From a virus, in IMG/VR virus record IMGVR_UViG_3300045988_112440: a stretch of DNA of 64,000 nucleotides, one strand, 5' to 3'. The notes beneath the pieces are model-generated. The model ran no database searches. It saw nothing but the letters and a program-made list of their open reading frames with translations, and had not been told where the DNA came from. Every line of letters begins with the position of its first letter. Position 1 is the first letter of the stretch. Both the position numbers and the translations under genes were made by a program. Shown one piece after another: positions 61,587 through 64,000 of this stretch.

Positions 61587-62414
61587 ATGATTATTGATTG
61601 TAAATCTATTGCACAAGATATCAAAAATAAAATCAAGAATATTATCGCAGAAGATGACTATGCTCCTATTTTACATATTTATCAAGTAGGGGACAACCCT
61701 GCATCCAACGCTTATATTAAAGGTAAATTACGTGACTGTGAAGAGGTGGGAATCGAAGCAAACCTTATCAAACTGCCAGAAAATATTACGGAGGATGAAT
61801 TAAATAATAGGATACTGGAAGATTATAATTGGGAAGATGTGGACGGTATCATTGTCCAGCTCCCGCTGCCAAAACATATCGATCCTAAAAATATTTGTAT
61901 TCCAGATGAACTTGATGTTGATGGCTTTAATTCCACATCCAAATTTCAGCCGTGCACTCCGCTTGGCGTTATGAAGATTTTTGATTCCATCGGTTACAAT
62001 CTGGATGGCAAGAATGTGCTTGTATGTGGTCAGTCTGATATTGTGGGTCGTCCACTGGTCGATATGCTGATTAAGCGGCACTGTAATGTGATCTCTGTGA
62101 ATAGTACAGGGAGCTACATGAAGAATACTGCTTACGTTACAAAACTAGCAAATGTTGTCATCTCTGCGGTTGGAAAACGCAATTTTATTTCTCATATAGA
62201 TCTATTCAACACAGACATCTGCATTGACGTTGGCATTAACTACGACGAGAATGGCAAGCAACATGGAGACTGTGCTGATGAAGTTTATAAAATGAATAAC
62301 ATTAAAGTAACCCCACGTATCGGTGGCGTTGGTCTGATGACCAGGGCGATGCTGCTTTACAATGTATGTGTGGCAAAGTATGGGGAAGAGAAGATGGAGG
62401 ATGTGATTGTATGA
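61587..62414 (+). CDS. folD: bifunctional methylenetetrahydrofolate dehydrogenase/cyclohydrolase
   Basis: VGDNPASNAYIKGKLRDCEEVGI, GIIVQLPLPKHID, GQSDIVGRPL and PRIGGVGLMT. Confidence 0.9.
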   Translation: MIIDCKSIAQDIKNKIKNIIAEDDYAPILHIYQVGDNPASNAYIKGKLRDCEEVGIEANLIKLPENITEDELNNRILEDYNWEDVDGIIVQLPLPKHIDPKNICIPDELDVDGFNSTSKFQPCTPLGVMKIFDSIGYNLDGKNVLVCGQSDIVGRPLVDMLIKRHCNVISVNSTGSYMKNTAYVTKLANVVISAVGKRNFISHIDLFNTDICIDVGINYDENGKQHGDCADEVYKMNNIKVTPRIGGVGLMTRAMLLYNVCVAKYGEEKMEDVIV

Positions 62415-62604
62415 AAGAAGTCCCAATCTGGGAAAAGCCACCCTGACAATAGAAGAAGCTGCAGCATATTCGAATATTGGTCAATGCAAACTTCGAGAAA
62501 TGGCGGAAGAACAAAACTGTCCATTTGTGCTTTTTGTAGGCCGAAAACGTCTTATTAAACGTAAAGCTCTTGAAAAGTACATAGATCAGTCTTATTCGAT
62601 TTGA
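62407..62604 (+). CDS. xis: excisionase-family HTH DNA-binding protein (TTG start)
   Basis: LTIEEAAAYSNIGQCKLREMA..FVLFVGRKRLIKRKALEKYI; GGAGG 6 nt before the TTG. Confidence 0.7.
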   Translation: MYERSPNLGKATLTIEEAAAYSNIGQCKLREMAEEQNCPFVLFVGRKRLIKRKALEKYIDQSYSI

Positions 62605-62675
62605 AATTGGAGCTTTGGTGTGATATACTTATGGTGTCACATCAAGGCTCTTTATAATAATGTAAGGAGTCTATT

Positions 62676-63830
62676 ATGGAAAGACGTAAAGATAACAAAG
62701 GTAGAGTTTTAAAAGAAGGTGAGAGCCAAAGAAAAGATGGCCTGTATCAATACCGCTGGACAGATAAATTTGGAAAACGGCATACTATGTACGCAAATGA
62801 TTTAAAAGCACTTCGAGATAAAAAGAAACAAGCTTTAGAGTTTGACGTGGAACAAGCCGATGTGATAATAACAATGTATGAGTTGATAAAACGATATGAA
62901 ACTATTCACAAAAAATCACTTAAAGAAACTTCTGCTTATACACGAGGGCAATATCTTAGAAAAATAAAAAACGATTCATTTGGAGAAAAAAATATATCAT
63001 CAATATCGACATTAGATGCGAAAGAATGGTTCTTATCTCTTAACGAAAATGGAATGAGCCAATGTGCTATCGGAAATATGAAAAATATAATTTCTCCTGC
63101 TTTTCAAATGGCCGTTGACGAGAATATGATTTCTTATAATCCGTTTTCATTTAGCTTGAATAAACTTATAAAGCCTACGAAAAAGAAAAAAATTCTATTG
63201 TCAGAAGAACAGTATAAAAAACTTATTGACTTTTCTAAAACGAGTAAAGTCTATAAGAAATATACAGATATGCTTATTATACTGCATGAAACAGGAGTTC
63301 GTGTTGGTGAGTTATGCGGAATAACAATTGATGACGTTGATTTAAAAAATAATTGTTTAAACATAACACATCAAATATCATATGTCCCAGGAATTGGAAC
63401 ATTTGTGCAAGAGCCAAAAAGTGAAAGCGGAAAAAGGAAAATCCCCCTTACTGATAGCGCAAGAGAAAGTTTCGAAAGGCTTATTTGTCAAAGAGAAGCA
63501 TTAAATGATCCTGGTCCAGAGATGGATGGATATACGTCGTTCCTATTTTTGAAAAGAGGAACCCTTTCTCCAAAAGACAAAGATTCCGTCAAGTCAATTA
63601 TTGAAAGTATGATTGGAGCATACCATAGAGAAACAGGCGACACTCTACCAAAAACGACACCACATACTTTTCGGCACATGTTCTGCACAAGACTGATTTC
63701 TGCTGGTATGAACGTTAAATCTGTTCAGTATTTAATGGGTCACGCTAATATACGAATGACGTTGGATGTATATGCAGAGTACAATCTGCCTGTTACAGTT
63801 GACGATTTTTTAAGAATAGCAAATGGCTGA
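62676..63830 (+). CDS. int: tyrosine integrase, Tn916/phage type
   Basis: N-terminal arm-binding-like RKDGLYQYRWTDKFGKRH; ETGVRVGEL, HTFRHMFCT and LMGHANIRMTLDVYAE. Confidence 0.9.
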   Translation: MERRKDNKGRVLKEGESQRKDGLYQYRWTDKFGKRHTMYANDLKALRDKKKQALEFDVEQADVIITMYELIKRYETIHKKSLKETSAYTRGQYLRKIKNDSFGEKNISSISTLDAKEWFLSLNENGMSQCAIGNMKNIISPAFQMAVDENMISYNPFSFSLNKLIKPTKKKKILLSEEQYKKLIDFSKTSKVYKKYTDMLIILHETGVRVGELCGITIDDVDLKNNCLNITHQISYVPGIGTFVQEPKSESGKRKIPLTDSARESFERLICQREALNDPGPEMDGYTSFLFLKRGTLSPKDKDSVKSIIESMIGAYHRETGDTLPKTTPHTFRHMFCTRLISAGMNVKSVQYLMGHANIRMTLDVYAEYNLPVTVDDFLRIANG

Positions 63831-63832
63831 GC

Positions 63833-63856
63833 ACTACACCAATTACTACACCAATT
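63833..63856 (+). repeat. perfect tandem direct repeat 2 x ACTACACCAATT directly after int
   Basis: Read directly from the sequence; begins 3 nt after the int stop. Confidence 0.8.
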
Positions 63857-64000
63857 TTTCAAAAAATATATAAACGTGTATGACCTGGCATAAAAATGTA
63901 GAAACTTCGGTTAAGAAAAGTGAACGACGTATCGTAAAATATAGCCATATATGAATTTGTATTGTAATTTACACGCCGTTCCCTTATTTTGAACACATTT

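Larger units (their letters stand above)
1..64000 (+). mobile_element. Arm of a large temperate phage/prophage (early, counter-defence, replication, nucleotide-metabolism modules; xis-int at right end)
   Basis: About 130 tightly packed co-directional ORFs with GGAG-type RBS and frequent ATGA stop-start overlaps. Phage-type replisome genes, a tRNA array, ThyX/NrdDG/Dut and excisionase+integrase are all present. Confidence 0.8.

Noticed and set aside
1-64000. Global TGA-to-Trp (code 4) or other stop-codon reassignment
   Set aside because: Most genes terminate at TGA with an immediate ATGA start overlap, or with an RBS and start a few nt downstream (for example 1007-1009, 1529-1531, 2075-2077, 3319-3321). 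Reading through would create long out-of-frame overlaps with well-supported genes. No suppressor tRNA is in the array. Only the two specific sites (5914 and 41347) remain of interest.

Overview
This 64-kb window is one arm of a large temperate Firmicutes-type phage or prophage. Every credible gene is on the + strand, and there are no structural or lysis genes. From left to right it contains six blocks. (1) 1-15.8 kb holds about 50 small orphan early genes, including several tandem paralog families, a Bro-N antirepressor-like gene, an intact tyrosine recombinase and a DnaD-like gene. (2) 16-27 kb is an accessory, counter-defence-like block. It carries a Lar-like protein, a DUF262 protein, an RlaP-like nucleotidyltransferase, a SleB-type cell-wall hydrolase, a MazF/PemK-like toxin, a catalytically degenerate tyrosine-recombinase-like protein (MrpR/YopR-like repressor candidate), a trifunctional Pnkp RNA-repair enzyme, a 7-tRNA array with structured spacers, and a C5 DNA methyltransferase. 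(3) 27.7-44.3 kb is the replication block: SSB-like protein, Sak4-like ATPase, DnaB-like helicase, primase, RecJ-like exonuclease, Pol III alpha, RecD2-like helicase and ATP-dependent ligase. The helicase-primase-RecJ-Pol III order resembles SPbeta yorI-yorL. (4) 46-62 kb carries nucleotide metabolism genes (ThyX, NrdD, NrdG, Dut, FolD, MazG-like) interleaved with LemA/SPFH membrane genes and orphan genes. (5) xis-int sits at the right edge. The observations most worth follow-up are these. A 21-nt element occurs in 7 copies, in both orientations, at operon heads. The C5-MTase has a circularly permuted motif order, and its catalytic PCQ motif is broken by a 4-nt TAGC insertion. Two in-frame TGA codons fall where homologs or paralogs have Trp or an aromatic residue. 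Closed helical RNA modules fill the long tRNA spacers. All family calls come from motif recognition by eye; no database search was possible.
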